Positions 1 through 12,419 of a stretch of 64,000 nucleotides of DNA are shown in pieces (the first letter of the stretch is position 1; each line of letters starts with the position of its first letter). The notes under the pieces were generated by a model that searched no databases, was not told where the DNA came from, and saw nothing but the letters and a program-made list of their open reading frames with translations. The DNA is from Glaucostegus cemiculus (taxonomy: Eukaryota). The stretch covers positions 2,170,001-2,234,000 of the forward strand of contig CDPCPM010000363.1 in the NCBI GenBank assembly GCA_976551045.1. The letters run 5' to 3'. A program made the translations under genes and the position numbers.

Positions 1-169
1 ATTAATGAAGATATTAAGTGCTGAAAAGAGAGCATGAGCTTAAAATCTAAGCACAAAACTGGGCCTTTGGCCCACTATATCCATGCCAACCATTGCACCT
101 ATCCATATTAATCCTGTTGACGAATCAAGGACAGAACATGCTTTGTTTAAGGTTAAGCAAGAAGGGAAC

Positions 170-1430
170 TGACATGCTTTGGGATGTCCAATAGATTACT
201 GATGAAAGGCTCAAATCTGCAGAGAAATTAGAGTTGTATATGAACAATGCAGTGATATTAGGGGACTTTGATTTCTTCAACATTGATCAGAGTAATGTTA
301 GGGCAAAAAAGGGATAATTTCTAAAAGAGAACTTCATTGATATGCACGCTTTCAGCCCAATGATGAAGGGGGCATTGATGGATTTTGTTCAGCTCCACCG
401 ACCTCAGTTCCATCCTGACTTCTGAGTGGACCAAGTGTTAATAGGTAAGCAGCAAGAATCATTGTACCAGGGGATTAAAGAATGTCAGAGCGCTAATTTC
501 CGAGGGATGAGAGGAGATCTGGGACCCGAGGAAGGCAGGTAAAATAGAACAATGGGCAACCTGCAAAGAGATGTTCACAGATGTGGGTTTGGAACAATCC
601 ACAAGGGGAAGGAAAGGACAGAACATCCCAAGTCAGAACTTTGTGGTGAAGATAATAGAGAATGTGATGAAATAAAAATAAAGTAGGCATGATGATGATC
701 AGAAGGGTTCAAGAAAGAAAAAAATTAGGCAAATACTCTAAGCTGAGAAAGGATGTGGAAAATAAAATGAACATAAGGTGTGAATACAGAATGACTGTTA
801 ACATACAAGTCCTCGAGATATGTAAATTGCAAGCAGATAATGAGATGCTGGTCAGTGATAAATACAAAAGGGGATCTCTACAGAGGCCAAAAAGCATAGA
901 TTACATTTGAAATTAGTACTTTATCTCTGTTTCAAACAAGGAAGAAGAAGCTGCCAGAATCTCCATGAAGGGGAGGTGGTAGAGCTAATGTTTGGTTTGG
1001 AATTTGATAAGAATCAGGCACTAGAAAGGATACCTATGCTTTAAGTCACCTGGTTCGGGGGAATGCACCATAGGTCATTCAGGGAAGTGAGGGGTGGATG
1101 CAGAAAGGTTTACCACAGCTGTCAATCATACCTAAACCCAGAGGATTGGAAAATTGCATCTGTAACAGCTGTATATGAAAATGGGTTCAGGGGCTTGCCT
1201 AGTTCAGTGTCCCTCAGAAGGGGCGAGTCTTTGAGAAACAATTATCAGCAGCATTGCATTGACTTGTGAAGGAAAACTGCAGATGACTAACCAGGGAATT
1301 TTTTTTGATGAGTTAAATAAGTTTATGAAGGAAACACAAGAGATGTTGTCTACATAGATTTTCAGAAGGCAAATGATAAACTCCCACACAAGATGATAAA
1401 TTGAGGGCCAGTTAATACAGAGATCAATGG
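170..1430 (+). mobile_element. Highly decayed CR1-type LINE ORF2 fragment
   Basis: Residual motifs (ILGDFDF, PEDWKIA.VT) broken by many stops and frameshifts. Confidence 0.6.
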
Positions 1431-1733
1431 CAGCATGGAGAAAGCAATTAGTGTGGTTGCCTCACAGCTCCAGTGATCCAGGTTCAATCCTGATCCTGGG
1501 CGTTATCTGTGTGATTTGCATCTCTCTGTGACCTCATGGGTTTCCTCCCGCATCCCAAAGACATGAGGGTCATTTGGTTAATTGGGTGTTGTAAATTGCC
1601 CCTAGTGCTAGAATCTCTGGAGAGCTGATGGGCATGTTGGGAAATAAAATGGGATTAATGTAGGGTTACTGTAAATGAGTGTTTGGAATGGACTCAGTGG
1701 GCTGAAGGGCTTTTTTTCATGTTGTATGACTAC
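1430..1733 (+). mobile_element. HE1-type V-SINE
   Basis: tRNA-like head (GGTTCAATCC B box), V-domain GGGTTTCCTCC..CATCCCAAAGAC, CR1/HER1-like tail GGGCTGAAGGGC..GTATGACT. Confidence 0.75.
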
Positions 1734-1745
1734 TGTCACGGAGTA

Positions 1746-2353
1746 CAAAGATGCAAGTGGCTGCAGATGCAAAAAATAAACTGCTGGAGGAACTCAGCAG
1801 GTTAGGCAGCATCTGTGGAGGCAAAGGGATGGTCGGTCTCTCAGGTCGAGACACTGCATCAGGACTGAGTGTGCAGAGGTAAAATAACTGGTATAAAGAG
1901 GTGAAAGGGAGGGTGAAGCAGAGGCTGGTAGGTGATAGGTGGAAGCAGATAAGGGAGAGTTGATGGGCAAATGGAGACAGGTAGGGGAGGAGGAGAGGAA
2001 GGAATGGGAAAGGTGAACCACGGAGGAAGAAACCCAGATGGATAGATATGTGGGTGATAGGAAAATGGAACTGGGTGGATGGGAGGTGAGAGGAGGATAA
2101 CAGGTCTTGGTAATGGGGGGGGGGGGGGGGGGGGTGGGGGAGGTGGAAGAGATGGAAAGGCATACCCCCCAACCCCTTGTTCCTCTCTCACTCCCACCAG
2201 TTCAACCTCCTTCTCTCTCCCTTTGATCGCCTTTTCCATCCCTCATCCAACCTCTGCCAGTCCTGATGCAGGGTCTCACCCCAAAACGTCGACCACCCCC
2301 TTTGCCTCAACAGATGCTGCTCGATCTGCTGAGTTTTCCAGCTGCTTATTTTT
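1746..2353. mobile_element. Penelope-like inverted-repeat (hairpin) element
   Basis: ~98-bp inverted arms at ~1770-1868 and ~2258-2355; purine-rich then pyrimidine-rich interior; flanked by TGTCACGGAGTA (1734-1745) and TGTCACTGGAGTA (2354-2366). Confidence 0.75.
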
Positions 2354-3502
2354 TGTCACTGGAGTATCTTGGAATCCAAATCTGATCTCAAGTAATTTTG
2401 GAAGGAAAACCTTTGGAAGATTTTCTTCTTCCTCTGAACTCCTGTCAGATCTGTAACACGGCCACAGATAAAAGGGCAGCAATGCTTGTCCAGCAGTGAA
2501 TGGTGAGCGAGGTGGGAAAGCATGTGGCATTATCGGTTGAATGCCATGTGGACTGGCATCAGGTGACCTGTATTGGGATGAAATGTTGGGAGAAGAGATG
2601 AAACGTGATGATGTCACAGCCCAGAATTGGCAGAATTTGAGTGGGTCTCTGCCTTCTTCAATCAATGGCCTCACTGTAATGCACACTGACCTCAACACAG
2701 CTGGAATTACCTTTAAAATAAAAAATAGGAACAGAGTGAATACACCCTGTACAGTGTACAAATCTCAACTGGGACACAAAGGATGGCTTTATGTGAACTA
2801 AAGACTTGCCCACAAGCAAAATTGGCCTTTTCTATTAAGTGGTTGACTGCCTTAGCAGGCTTTGAATAATTGAGCGAACAGCCCTCCATGTAGAGTTGGC
2901 ACAGCAACAAGGTCCACTCTCTACCAAAGTACATCTAGCTTGACTAAGCTAACCTCACCTGCTTGTCTTGGAGAAAAGCAACATTTGACCAAAGGAGTGT
3001 GAGCGACTAAATTAAATATACACACTGCCCTGTGGAGAGAGAACCTGAAGTAGGGGAATAACATTGTGGACTTCTACTGGTAAAACTAAAGGAGACAGAC
3101 TGAGCTATGCAGGAACACGTGAAATGGTAGAAATGCCAATGACAAGACCATTTAAAAATTCAATACATACTATCACAGCATTGCCATTAATGAAACACAA
3201 AGATAGTATATTTGTGTAATGATAACGTCTAGGATATATATTAAAAAAATTGAAAATCACAAACATTTTGGAAGGTCAGTGATGTGGAGTTCTAATACTA
3301 GAGAAAGAGATTAACAGCAAATTGCACAGCAGCTTTTGGCACCTACACTGAACGTTCAAGGGAATGAGAATCTGCCCTGTCCCTTGAGAAGTGCAGCTAC
3401 CTTGGTATCTTGCTGAGAACCGGTATTCACACATGTCCAAAGGTTGATGATGCACCAGACATGTTACGCAATAAATGTGGGACAGGTGATCCAAGCTTGA
3501 AC

Positions 3503-4010
3503 TCAAATACAGGAAGGAGGTGGAAGCTTTGGAAAGGGTGCAGAAGTGGTTAATCAGGATGCTGTCTGGATTAGAGGGTATGAGCTATAACGAGAGATCG
3601 GACAAACTTGGTTTGTTTTCTATGGAGCGTCGAAAGCTGAAGGGAGACCTGATAGAAATTTATAAGATTATGAGAGGCATAGATACGGTAGACAGTCATA
3701 ATCTTTTTCCCTTGGTGGAAATGTCAGGTATGAGAGGACATGAATTTAAGTTGAGAGGGGGAAAGTTTAAGGGAGGTATGTGGGGCATTTTTTTTAAACA
3801 CAGAGTGGTAGGTGGCTGGAACTGTCTGCCAGGGGGAGTAGTGGAAGCATGTATGATAGGGGCATTTAAAAGGCTGTTAGACATATGAACATGCAGGGAA
3901 TGGAGGGACATGGATCACGTGCAGGCAGATGAGTATTAGTTTAATTTGGCATTGTGTTCTGTGCAGATGTTGTGGGCCAGGGGCCTGTTCCTGTGCTGTA
4001 TTGTTCTATG
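3503..4010 (+). mobile_element. CR1/HER1 LINE 3' fragment
   Basis: ORF 3520-3888 (LERVQ..SY.ER...LGLFS.ERR.L.GDLIE.YKIMRG..WN.LP) plus tail GGGCCTGTTCCTGTGCTGTATTGTTCTATG. Confidence 0.9.
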
Positions 4011-4379
4011 GTCAACAAAAGGCTTATGTTGCTGCTACAAATAGTGATAGACCAGAGGGTTGAGAGAATTTCAAAAACCATAGCAGAGTATTTATATTTT
4101 TTAGGCAGAGGTAGATTGAGTTTCAATAAGCAAGGAGCTGTAAGGTTACTGCAGTAGGGAGGAATGCCGCTGTAATGATACTGAAAGGTAGACCATTGTC
4201 AAGATGCCTAATGGCCAACTCATGATTCCTCATTACAATACAGAAGCAAGCCATTCCGCCTGTCAAGTCTATGCTAGCTTCCAGCAGAGCAATCCTATCA
4301 GTCCCACTTCCCCATTCCTTATTTCCCCAAATATTCTCTTGCACATCTATTCTTGTTCCTGTTTTGTTTGCAACCAGCA

Positions 4380-5650
4380 AAGGACTACTAACACACTGAT
4401 GAGGAGGTAAAATAGAACACGGGAATGAACTAGAAAAGAATATAAAAGGTGGATTTGAAGAGTTTCTATGTTTATATAAAGAGGCAGAAGTAGTCATTGG
4501 TTAATTTAAAGATGAGACTGGGGAATTAATAACAGGGCATCAGGAAATGGCAGTGATGATAAACACAATATTTTGTTGAGTTCTTTAAAGTTGGAAACAC
4601 ACCAAAAGTAGTTAACAAAGAGGCAAAAGATAATACAGAACTTAACCTTGATTATAAGTAGCAGATAAACTAATGAGCAGAAGGCCAGCACATCCTGAGA
4701 ATTAAAAAAAAAATCAGAAAACAAACTGCAGTTAATGGGAATCTGAAAGAAGAGAAAATGCTGAAAATACTCAATGGGTCAGGTTGTATCAGTGCAGACA
4801 CGAACAGAGTCAATGTTTCATGTTGAACAGACAGGGCCTCACCTGCTGAGTGTTTCCAGCAATATATGTTTTTTTGATTCAAGTCCTCAGACGTGATGGC
4901 CTGTCTTTTAAGGTTTGAAAAGTGATGTCTGCAGAGGTAGTAAATACATCAAGCCATTACTGCCCCAGATTTTGGAAAGGTTCTGACTGATTGGAAAACA
5001 ATAAATTTAAAACTAGTGCTGCAGAAAGGAGGGAGAGAAAACAAGGAACTGTGGACTAGTTAGTCAAACATCAATTGTGGGGAATACGCTGCAACCCATT
5101 GTATGTTTCTCTCATTTCATTCCGATAGAGAAAGAGGCCATTCAGCCCATTGACTTTATGCCAGCACTTAGAGCATGCCCACCACTTCCATGTCTCCACT
5201 TATTTCCTTGTCGCTATTCTCTCTCTCATAACCATCAACTTCTCCCACCACCCATCTACACTAAGGGGTAAATTACAGCAGTCAACTAACCTATCTTTGC
5301 CATTGGGATGTGGGAAGAAACCAGAGCATCCAGTAGGAAACCCACGTGGTCACAGGGAAAATGTGCAAACTCCGCACAGACAGCACTCAAGAGCAAGATC
5401 GAACCCAAATCTCTGGAGCTGTGAGGCAGCGGCTCTACCAGCTGTACCACTGTGCCGACTCTTGGAGATATTTGCGATATTTCATGCAGCATAAAATGAT
5501 TAGGGAGGCATTGCAGTATTAGGAGAGGGGAAATCATTTTAGGAGTTCGTTGACAATGTAACTGACAGGGTAGATCAAGGCAAGCGGGATATGGTATATC
5601 TGGATTTCGAAAAGAACACATATAAAGAATACTGCACAAGAGCTGATAGG
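4380..5650 (+). mobile_element. Decayed CR1 fragments interrupted by a Penelope-like hairpin (~4706-4880) and an HE1 SINE
   Basis: Residual CR1 ORF2 sequence (DWKT.N...LQKGGRE, DMVYLDF.K). Confidence 0.5.
5130..5456 (-). mobile_element. HE1-type V-SINE
   Basis: Reverse complement has GGCACAGTGGTACAGCTGGTAGAGCC..GGTTCGATC head, V-domain and CR1-like tail. Confidence 0.8.
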
Positions 5651-5684
5651 TCTGAGTGCAGCACATTCCTTTGGATTGTGGCTA

Positions 5685-5952
5685 ATGGACCACAGCCCGT
5701 TCACTTTAAGAACTATTTATTTATTTACTGGCCATTTTTAATTTAATCTGCGTAATAATTCAATCTCAATCTCCATAGCTTCTAATGTGTAATGTTTTGT
5801 ACTGTGTATTCTGCCAAGTGTGTATGTGTCTCTCTGTTGGTTGTTATGTTATTCTTTTTTTATGGGACGAGCACCTGAGGAGGACGGTATCTCGCTCCTA
5901 TGCATACTATGTATGTATATGGTTGTGACAATAAAACTGATTCTGATTCTGA
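5685..5952 (+). mobile_element. Rex1/Babar 3' UTR fragment (same subfamily as 56357-56938)
   Basis: Near-identical to 56725-56938, ending GTGACAATAAAACTGATTCTGATTCTGA. Confidence 0.75.
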
Positions 5953-6054
5953 AAGGAAGGCCAGGGACAAAATGACTCATTTTCAGGTTGGCAGGTTATG
6001 GGGTGCTTCAACAATTAGTGGTGGGATGCCAGCCATTTATATTCTATGTTAATT

Positions 6055-6262
6055 GCACAAAACATTGGAAATACTCAGCAGGTCAGGCCACATATGTGGG
6101 AAGAGAAACAGAGTTAATGGTTCAGTTTGAAGACCATTTGTCAGAACAGGATCTTCCACCTGAAATGTCAGCTCTGTTTCTCTACCATACATGCAGCCTG
6201 ATCAGAGTATTTCTTGAATTTTCTATTTTTATTTTAGATTTCCAGCATCTGCAGTTTTTTTT
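6055..6262. mobile_element. Short Penelope-like hairpin element
   Basis: TGGAAATACTCAGCAGGTCAGG..GAGAAACAGAG mirrored by CTCTGTTTCTCT..TTCCAGCATCTGCAG. Confidence 0.6.
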
Positions 6263-6714
6263 TTAATTTTTACATTCTACATTAATGTCTTATTAGACCT
6301 CCCAAAGTGTATTAGCTCATACTTACCAGGACTAAATTTCAAAGGCCATTGCTCTTCCCATTTTACTAATTGATCAGTATTTTCCTGTAGCCCAAGACTA
6401 TCCTCCTCGCTATGAATGACACCAACAACTTCTGTATCATCTGCAAGCTTTCCAATGATACCTCCAATGATGCCTGCTTGAAAGCAGTAACCTTAACATT
6501 GTGGCTTTAGTCTAGAAGGATATCCCTACGTTCCACAGAATAGATACAAAGCCAACGTCAGTGGTGGTGGGAGTGTGTGACTGGACGCATGGTCAAGGAG
6601 GGTCTCAGGGGTGAGAACCCCATTGATGGGCAAATAGCCAAAGTTAAAGGAATAATGTGGGAGAGAGAGGTTCAGGGAGGTGATGGGATAAGGTAGCGGT
6701 AATCAGGAGCCAGA

Positions 6715-7355
6715 GAATTATACAGCATGGAAACAGGGCCCTTGGCCCAACTCATCTATGATGACCAAGTTGCGTACTTTCACTAGTGCCATTTGCCCAT
6801 ATCCCTCGAAACCGTTCCTATTCCTGTATCTGTCCAAATGTCTTTAAATGCTGTCACAAGACCCGCCTCTACCACTTCCTCTGGCAGCTCGCTCCATAAA
6901 GCCACTACCCTTTGTGTGGAAAAACTTGCCCCTCAGGTCCCCTTTAAATCTTTCCCCTCTCACCTTAAAGCTGTGCCCTCTAGTTTTGGATTCTGCTACC
7001 CTAGGAAAAAGACTATGACTATCCACCTTATCCATGCCCCTCATGATTTTATAAACTTCGATAAGGTCACCCATCAGCCTCCTTTGCTCCAGGGAAAACA
7101 GTCCCAACCTATCCAGTCTCTCCTTGTAACTCAAGCCCTCCATTCCAGGCAACTTGTAAATCTTGTCTGCATCTTTTCCAGCTTAATAACATCCTTCCTA
7201 TAGTGTGGCAACCAGAACGGCACACAATATTCTGAGTGCAGCCTCACCAATAACATGTACAGCTGTAACATAATGTCCCAATTCTTGAACTCAGTGCCTT
7301 GAACAATGAAGGCAAGCTTGCCATATGCCTTCTTCACCACCCTGTCTACCTGGAT
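6715..7355 (-). mobile_element. CR1/HER1 LINE 3' fragment
   Basis: ORFs 7131-7340 and 6844-7152 (LVRLHSEYCVPFW, GLSYKERLDRLGLFSLEQRRL.GDLIEVYKIMRG, TRGH). Confidence 0.92.
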
Positions 7356-7711
7356 CGTCTGATATAAGTGATATAATCACGTATAACTGAGGGGGGAGAT
7401 AAAAGTGGGTGAGGAGCAAAAAGCAAAATGATCCAAGATGGGAAAGGCAAGATCATCTTGGAAATCATGAGAAGTCATGGGCATGATGGATGCTGTAGGG
7501 CACAGAATCTGGGTGGCAAAGTGTTGGAATGAAAACAAACAAAGCCAGTGGCATCAACAAGCCCACTGTGCTGCTGATCCAACAACATTAACTGCGGGTC
7601 TCAAACCAGACCATCTCACTGGAAGCACTCTCCTCTGACGCCTGGACTTTAACCAGGCATCCCTTCCATTGTTTTATTTATTTTATCCACTAAGCTTGTA
7701 GAAACTGTACA

Positions 7712-7985
7712 GGGTGGCACTGTGGGTAGAGCCGGGATCAATCCTGACCTCCGGTATTGCCTATATGAAGTTTGCACATTCTCCCTGGGATCACATGGCT
7801 TTCCTCTGGGTGCTCTGGTTTCCTCCCAATATAGATAACTTTAGATAGGTGATAGGTAGAATTGATGGGGCTGGGGGAGGGGGGAAAGAGTTGAGGAGAA
7901 AATGGGGAGAATAAAAATGGGATCAGTGTAGGATTAGTGGAAGGAGGTGCTTGATGGTCAACACAAGGGACCTGTTTCTGATTCT
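7712..7985 (+). mobile_element. HE1-type V-SINE
   Basis: Head, V-domain (TTTCCTCTGGGTGCTCTGGTTTCCTCCCA) and tail. Confidence 0.7.
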
Positions 7986-9162
7986 ATCCAAGCCAAAGGT
8001 GGCTGCAGAACTAATGTGGGGTTAATGTGGATATGTACAATGGCAGCCCTGGATACTGTGGGCAGAAGGGTGTGCTTCTGTGCTGTGACTCTCTAGAGCC
8101 CAAAGGAATCCAATGAAAAAAACTGCACATCTTCAAGCTTATAAACATAAGACTTAGGTACAGCCCATACATACGAGCCTTTGGGAGACCACCGGCAGCT
8201 GTGGGGCTGTAGGCACTTTCTGCCCTGTGGGAACTTGTTTGTGGCCGCATTTCTGATTTGCAAATTGTTTGGGTTACAAACAGTTCACAGAAATGGAACC
8301 CTGCCATAGCCTGGGGAGGACCTGTATTTCAACAGAACACTTCAGTGTTTTTGAAATGGAGTTACTGATATAATGAAGGAAAAGCAATACACATGGGATG
8401 CAGCAAGAGCAAGTCATGCTGCTTTGGGCTAAATACTGGCCAGGATTTCTGTAGAACTCCCCTGATCTTTGCAAGGAGCCGTGACGTCTCTCAGGCAGAT
8501 AGGCAGGACTTTGGTCCAATGCCACTTGTTCAGTTCTCCAGCAGTGTACCATTCCCTCTGTTCCCCAGGATAAATGTCCTCCCAGCCTCCAGTTGTCAAT
8601 CTTCCTCAGAATCATTTCATCTTATTTCAATAAATCTCTTTTCATTTTTCCCGAAGAGTATAACCTCATATTTACCTGCATTATACTCCATCTACCTAAC
8701 CTACTACCACACTCACTCATGAGTGATCTCAAGTGGGAGTTGAATGCAGCTCCTGATCACACCCAATACAGGTCTGCGGAGACTCAAGAGAAGCTGGGAT
8801 CACCGATATAGAGAGAAACTCAAAGGACTTGGCACTCTCCCTGAGGGACCAGACTCTTGAAGGTTTTTAAGGACTGGAAGACTCTGCAAAGTAAATTGAC
8901 AAGAGGAGGACATTATGGCTTCTGGTAAAATAAAGGAAGTTTTTGCTTTAAAAGGTACGGTTGCAACATGAATGCTGTACCCAATATTGCAATTCTATCT
9001 ATAAAAGAGCACACAAGTCCTTGAAAAAGGAAAAGGATACAGGGAACTGGGACAATTGGGACTAGGGTAGGAAGCCCCAGTTAAAGCGTTGATATTAGTA
9101 TGATAGATTCCTGTTAAAGTTGTTAGTTCTGCTCTTATAAAGTACATCAGTTTATCCTTTAC

Positions 9163-9393
9163 CTTTAAATAGGATCCAAAATATTTGGTTACATAAGGAC
9201 TATCACACTGGCTGAGGACTGTTATCTCCTGTTGAATATCTTCAATCTCATCCTCAGCTTCTTCTAGATCGATAATTTTGATAGCAACTACTTGTTGTGT
9301 CCGATTATCAATTCCTTTGAAGACTTCACCAAAAGACCCCTTTCCAATCCGTTCCAGTTTCGTGAACAGTCCTTCAGGGTCTGCCCGATGATT
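9163..9393 (-). CDS. STK26: STK26/MST4 second coding exon, kinase N-lobe (77 aa)
   Basis: [77 protein letters not shown]: Gly-rich loop, VAIK lysine, GCK-III signature. Acceptor TTTCTTCTGTCCTCAG|AAT and donor AAG|GTAAAG; 231 nt, phase 0/0. '[10 protein letters not shown]' and the first exon favour STK26 over STK24/STK25. Confidence 0.96.
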
Positions 9394-10892
9394 CTGAGGA
9401 CAGAAGAAAGACAACAATGGTAGAACTGACATTTGTTGCCTGGTGTGATAATCTGACTGATTTCCATCAAATACATTTACCACATCTCCCAAACCTGTGA
9501 CCTCCAACAGCAGGAAATCTAAAGGCATCGACTACCATTATCTTCAACTTCTCCTCCAAATTCACACTATCCCAACTTTGTACTGGTGTTCCTTCGTTGT
9601 TACAGTTCCAAGAATTTAAGTTTGTAATTTCTTAATTTACAAATTTTTGCCATAACCCTATTGACTCTTTGGGTTATGTGTTACAAATCCATTTCTCGCT
9701 CCAATGAGTAGGACCCAACTCACTGCCTGTTGGCATCACAGAGCTTTGGTGATTTTGTTACAGTTCATTTCCAGCCTCAAGCCTTGCTCGCAACACCCAC
9801 ATCGAAAAGCAAAGTAAAACACCCAATTTACAACTCCTGAAACAATGTGCAATATTTTACAGATGAACCAACGTACTGATTTTAACATACTACATTAATA
9901 GCACAGATACAAACTGGATCCAAACCCAACCATGAGGCTAAACACTTGAATTAACTATTCCAGCCAATTTAGACTCAAATCATCGGCTCCAACTCCAGTA
10001 ACCTTGAACCAATTAAGAAATGTAATTAATGCCTCACAATAGTTTGTTAGTGGCACATGGCAAGAGCTTATAAAAACTAATGTCAGAGAGATCAAAGCTT
10101 TTCATTGTTAAATTTGTACCAGCAGATGATCATGATGTGACCTTGATACACTAAAAGGATTCCAAAATTAAAGTGGCAACCTGGGAATTTTTCAATAAGT
10201 TTGGAAAGTGGTTGTAGAGTTTATAGAGTATGTTCCTTTCAGGTGGATGAAACAAGCAGAATAGCCTTGTTCATCTCCAATGATCTAGTGACCTGGTGAG
10301 TTTAGGCTTAAAGGTCACTGGGTGTTAGGTAGTGACATATGGAAAATGAATGCAGGAACATGAGCCCTGGCTGAGTCACAACTCTATCCACAGAACTGCT
10401 CACAAAGATAGAGGCGCCTTATCTCCTGGTGTTCAGGAGATCCCATTCTCCGACATACAGAGTTACCAAGGAAATTATAACCGGGGCGATCAGTTCCGAC
10501 TGTAACAATCTAGGAAGTGTGCTTGAACACAGAAGGTTTATTATGCTTTGACTGCAACAATTTTCTCCAGTGATGTTTCTGGTTGCCTTGTGATCAGGGT
10601 CATTTCCAAGGCCTCAAAACTTAAATGCCAATCACATTTTCTTTTCAAAATAGACAAACCACATAAAAACCTCTGCCCCAGAAGTAGATTGTACAGGCTT
10701 TAGAAAGGATGCAGTAAAGTACAAACACTGACTTTAAAAATGATGTTTGTTTTTGATAGATCACCAGCTGACAGAACCCATGCTTTAAAAAGGCAGGAAG
10801 AAGCGGAGTGCTTTCAGTAGGGAGGAGTGGAATGAGGACAAATATCCAGCGTACATGTGACTGATTGAGAAAAGGAGGGGGGAGCCAGAGGT

Positions 10893-11215
10893 TTGCACAG
10901 TGGCACAGTGGGCAGAGCTGTTCCCCCACAGCTCCAGTGATCCGTGTTCAACCCTGACCTCTGGTATTGTCTATGTGGAGTTTGCAGCTTCTCAGTGATT
11001 ATATTCACTTGTGCTCCAGTTTCTTCCCAAATCCCAATGACATGCGGGTTGGTAGGTCAATTGGCCACTGCAAGTTCCCTGTAGTGTGTACACTAGTGGT
11101 AGAATCTTGGGGGAATTGGTGGTAATGTGGGGAGAATAGGTGGCAGGGAGATTAATGGGGGAATGGAATTATTCTTTCAGCTGACTCAATAGGCCAAATG
11201 GCTTCCTTCTACACT
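10893..11215 (+). mobile_element. HE1-type V-SINE
   Basis: GCACAGTGGCACAGTGGGCAGAGCTG..GTTCAACCC head, V-domain, GGCCAAATGGC tail. Confidence 0.75.
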
Positions 11216-11554
11216 GGAAGGAGATATGGAATAACCTTTCCTACAAAGAGCTGGGGCTCTGATTTCACTTGTAGAAGTGTTGATCGAGGCCAGTGATGTC
11301 ACCACCCTTGAGTGCAGAGGTGGAAACAGAAAATGCTGGTTCAGGGGACGGGAATTACACTGAGCAGTGCATAATAGCAGCACGGACTGGCTGCATGCTG
11401 AACTTAATATGCATGCCAATAAACTGAGGGACATCAAGAAATCAAGCATTACACATTGAAGAAAGCAACACCTTTCCTAAAATGTATCAACCTGTACTCC
11501 CCAGGTCTATCCCTACACAGCACAGTCCACAAATCTGTTGGATTCTTCCTTTCA

Positions 11555-12400
11555 CAAGAAAATAGCAGGAGTAGGCTTCTTGGCCCCTCAAGCCTACTGC
11601 ACCATTCAGTATGATCATGGCTGATCTATGCTGGCCTCAACTCCTTTTCTGTGCCAGTTCCCAATAATCCTCAAGTCCCTGAACTTTCAAATATTTATCT
11701 ATGCCTGACTGGCCTCTTATAGCTATGTCCCCTTATTCGCAACTCTCCCACTACCAAAAATGTCGAGCCATCTTACGATCCGCCAATGTTTGAATAAGAT
11801 CATCCCTCATTCCTCTAAACTCCAAGGAATACAGACCCAAACTATCTAGCCTCTTTTGATGGGACAACCCTCTCATCCCAGGAATTAGCCTGGTGAATCT
11901 CCTTTGGACTGCTCCAAATACAACTGTATTGTTTTTTAGGCAAGGGGACCAAAACTGTACACAGTATGCCAGGTGTGTCCTCACAAACAACCTGTTCAAC
12001 TATAACAAAGCCTCCCTATTCTTAAACATCAACCCTTTCGCAATAAAAGTCAACATGTTATTTGCCTTCTTAACTACTTGTTGGACCTGCCTGCTAACTT
12101 TCAGGTGATTCATGCACTGGAACACCTAGATCCCTCTGAACTTTACTCATTTGCATTTCGTCTCTCTCCACTTAAATAATAATCCGCCTTTTGATTACCA
12201 AAGTGCAAGGCTGCACACTTCCCCACACTAAACTCCATTTGCCAGCTTTTCATCTAATGACTCCATCAATCTGTATCCCATTGCAGAATCACAATGTCCT
12301 CATCATAATATGCACTTCCACCTATTTTCATATCATCAGCAAACCTGCATTTTGTTCCCTCTTCCAGATCATTAATGTGAATAATGAACAGGTTGGATCT
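11555..12400 (-). mobile_element. CR1 LINE 3' fragment
   Basis: ORFs 12266-12466 (INDLEEG.KCRFADD.K) and 11751-11999 (VRTHLAYCVQFWSP..VQRRFTRLIPGMRGLS). Confidence 0.85.
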
Positions 12401-12419
12401 TGCAGAACAGACAAGGATG

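Noticed and set aside
1717-2456. Pro/Gly-rich ORFs
   Set aside because: Artefacts of poly-G and purine/pyrimidine-skewed Penelope-like sequence.
6318-6475. Strong minus-strand donor CTG|GTAAGT as the next STK26 exon
   Set aside because: The upstream sequence translates as CR1 RT (KLADDT..LQE..DQL..W), not the expected KLWIIMEYLGGGS.
1-9162. Further STK26 exons (LWIIMEYLGGGSALDL onward)
   Set aside because: Not found by eye on the minus strand; probably left of the window, though a short exon could have been missed.
8995-9528. 177-aa ORF as a complete kinase gene
   Set aside because: Only 9163-9393 is kinase sequence bounded by splice sites; the flanks are intronic read-through.
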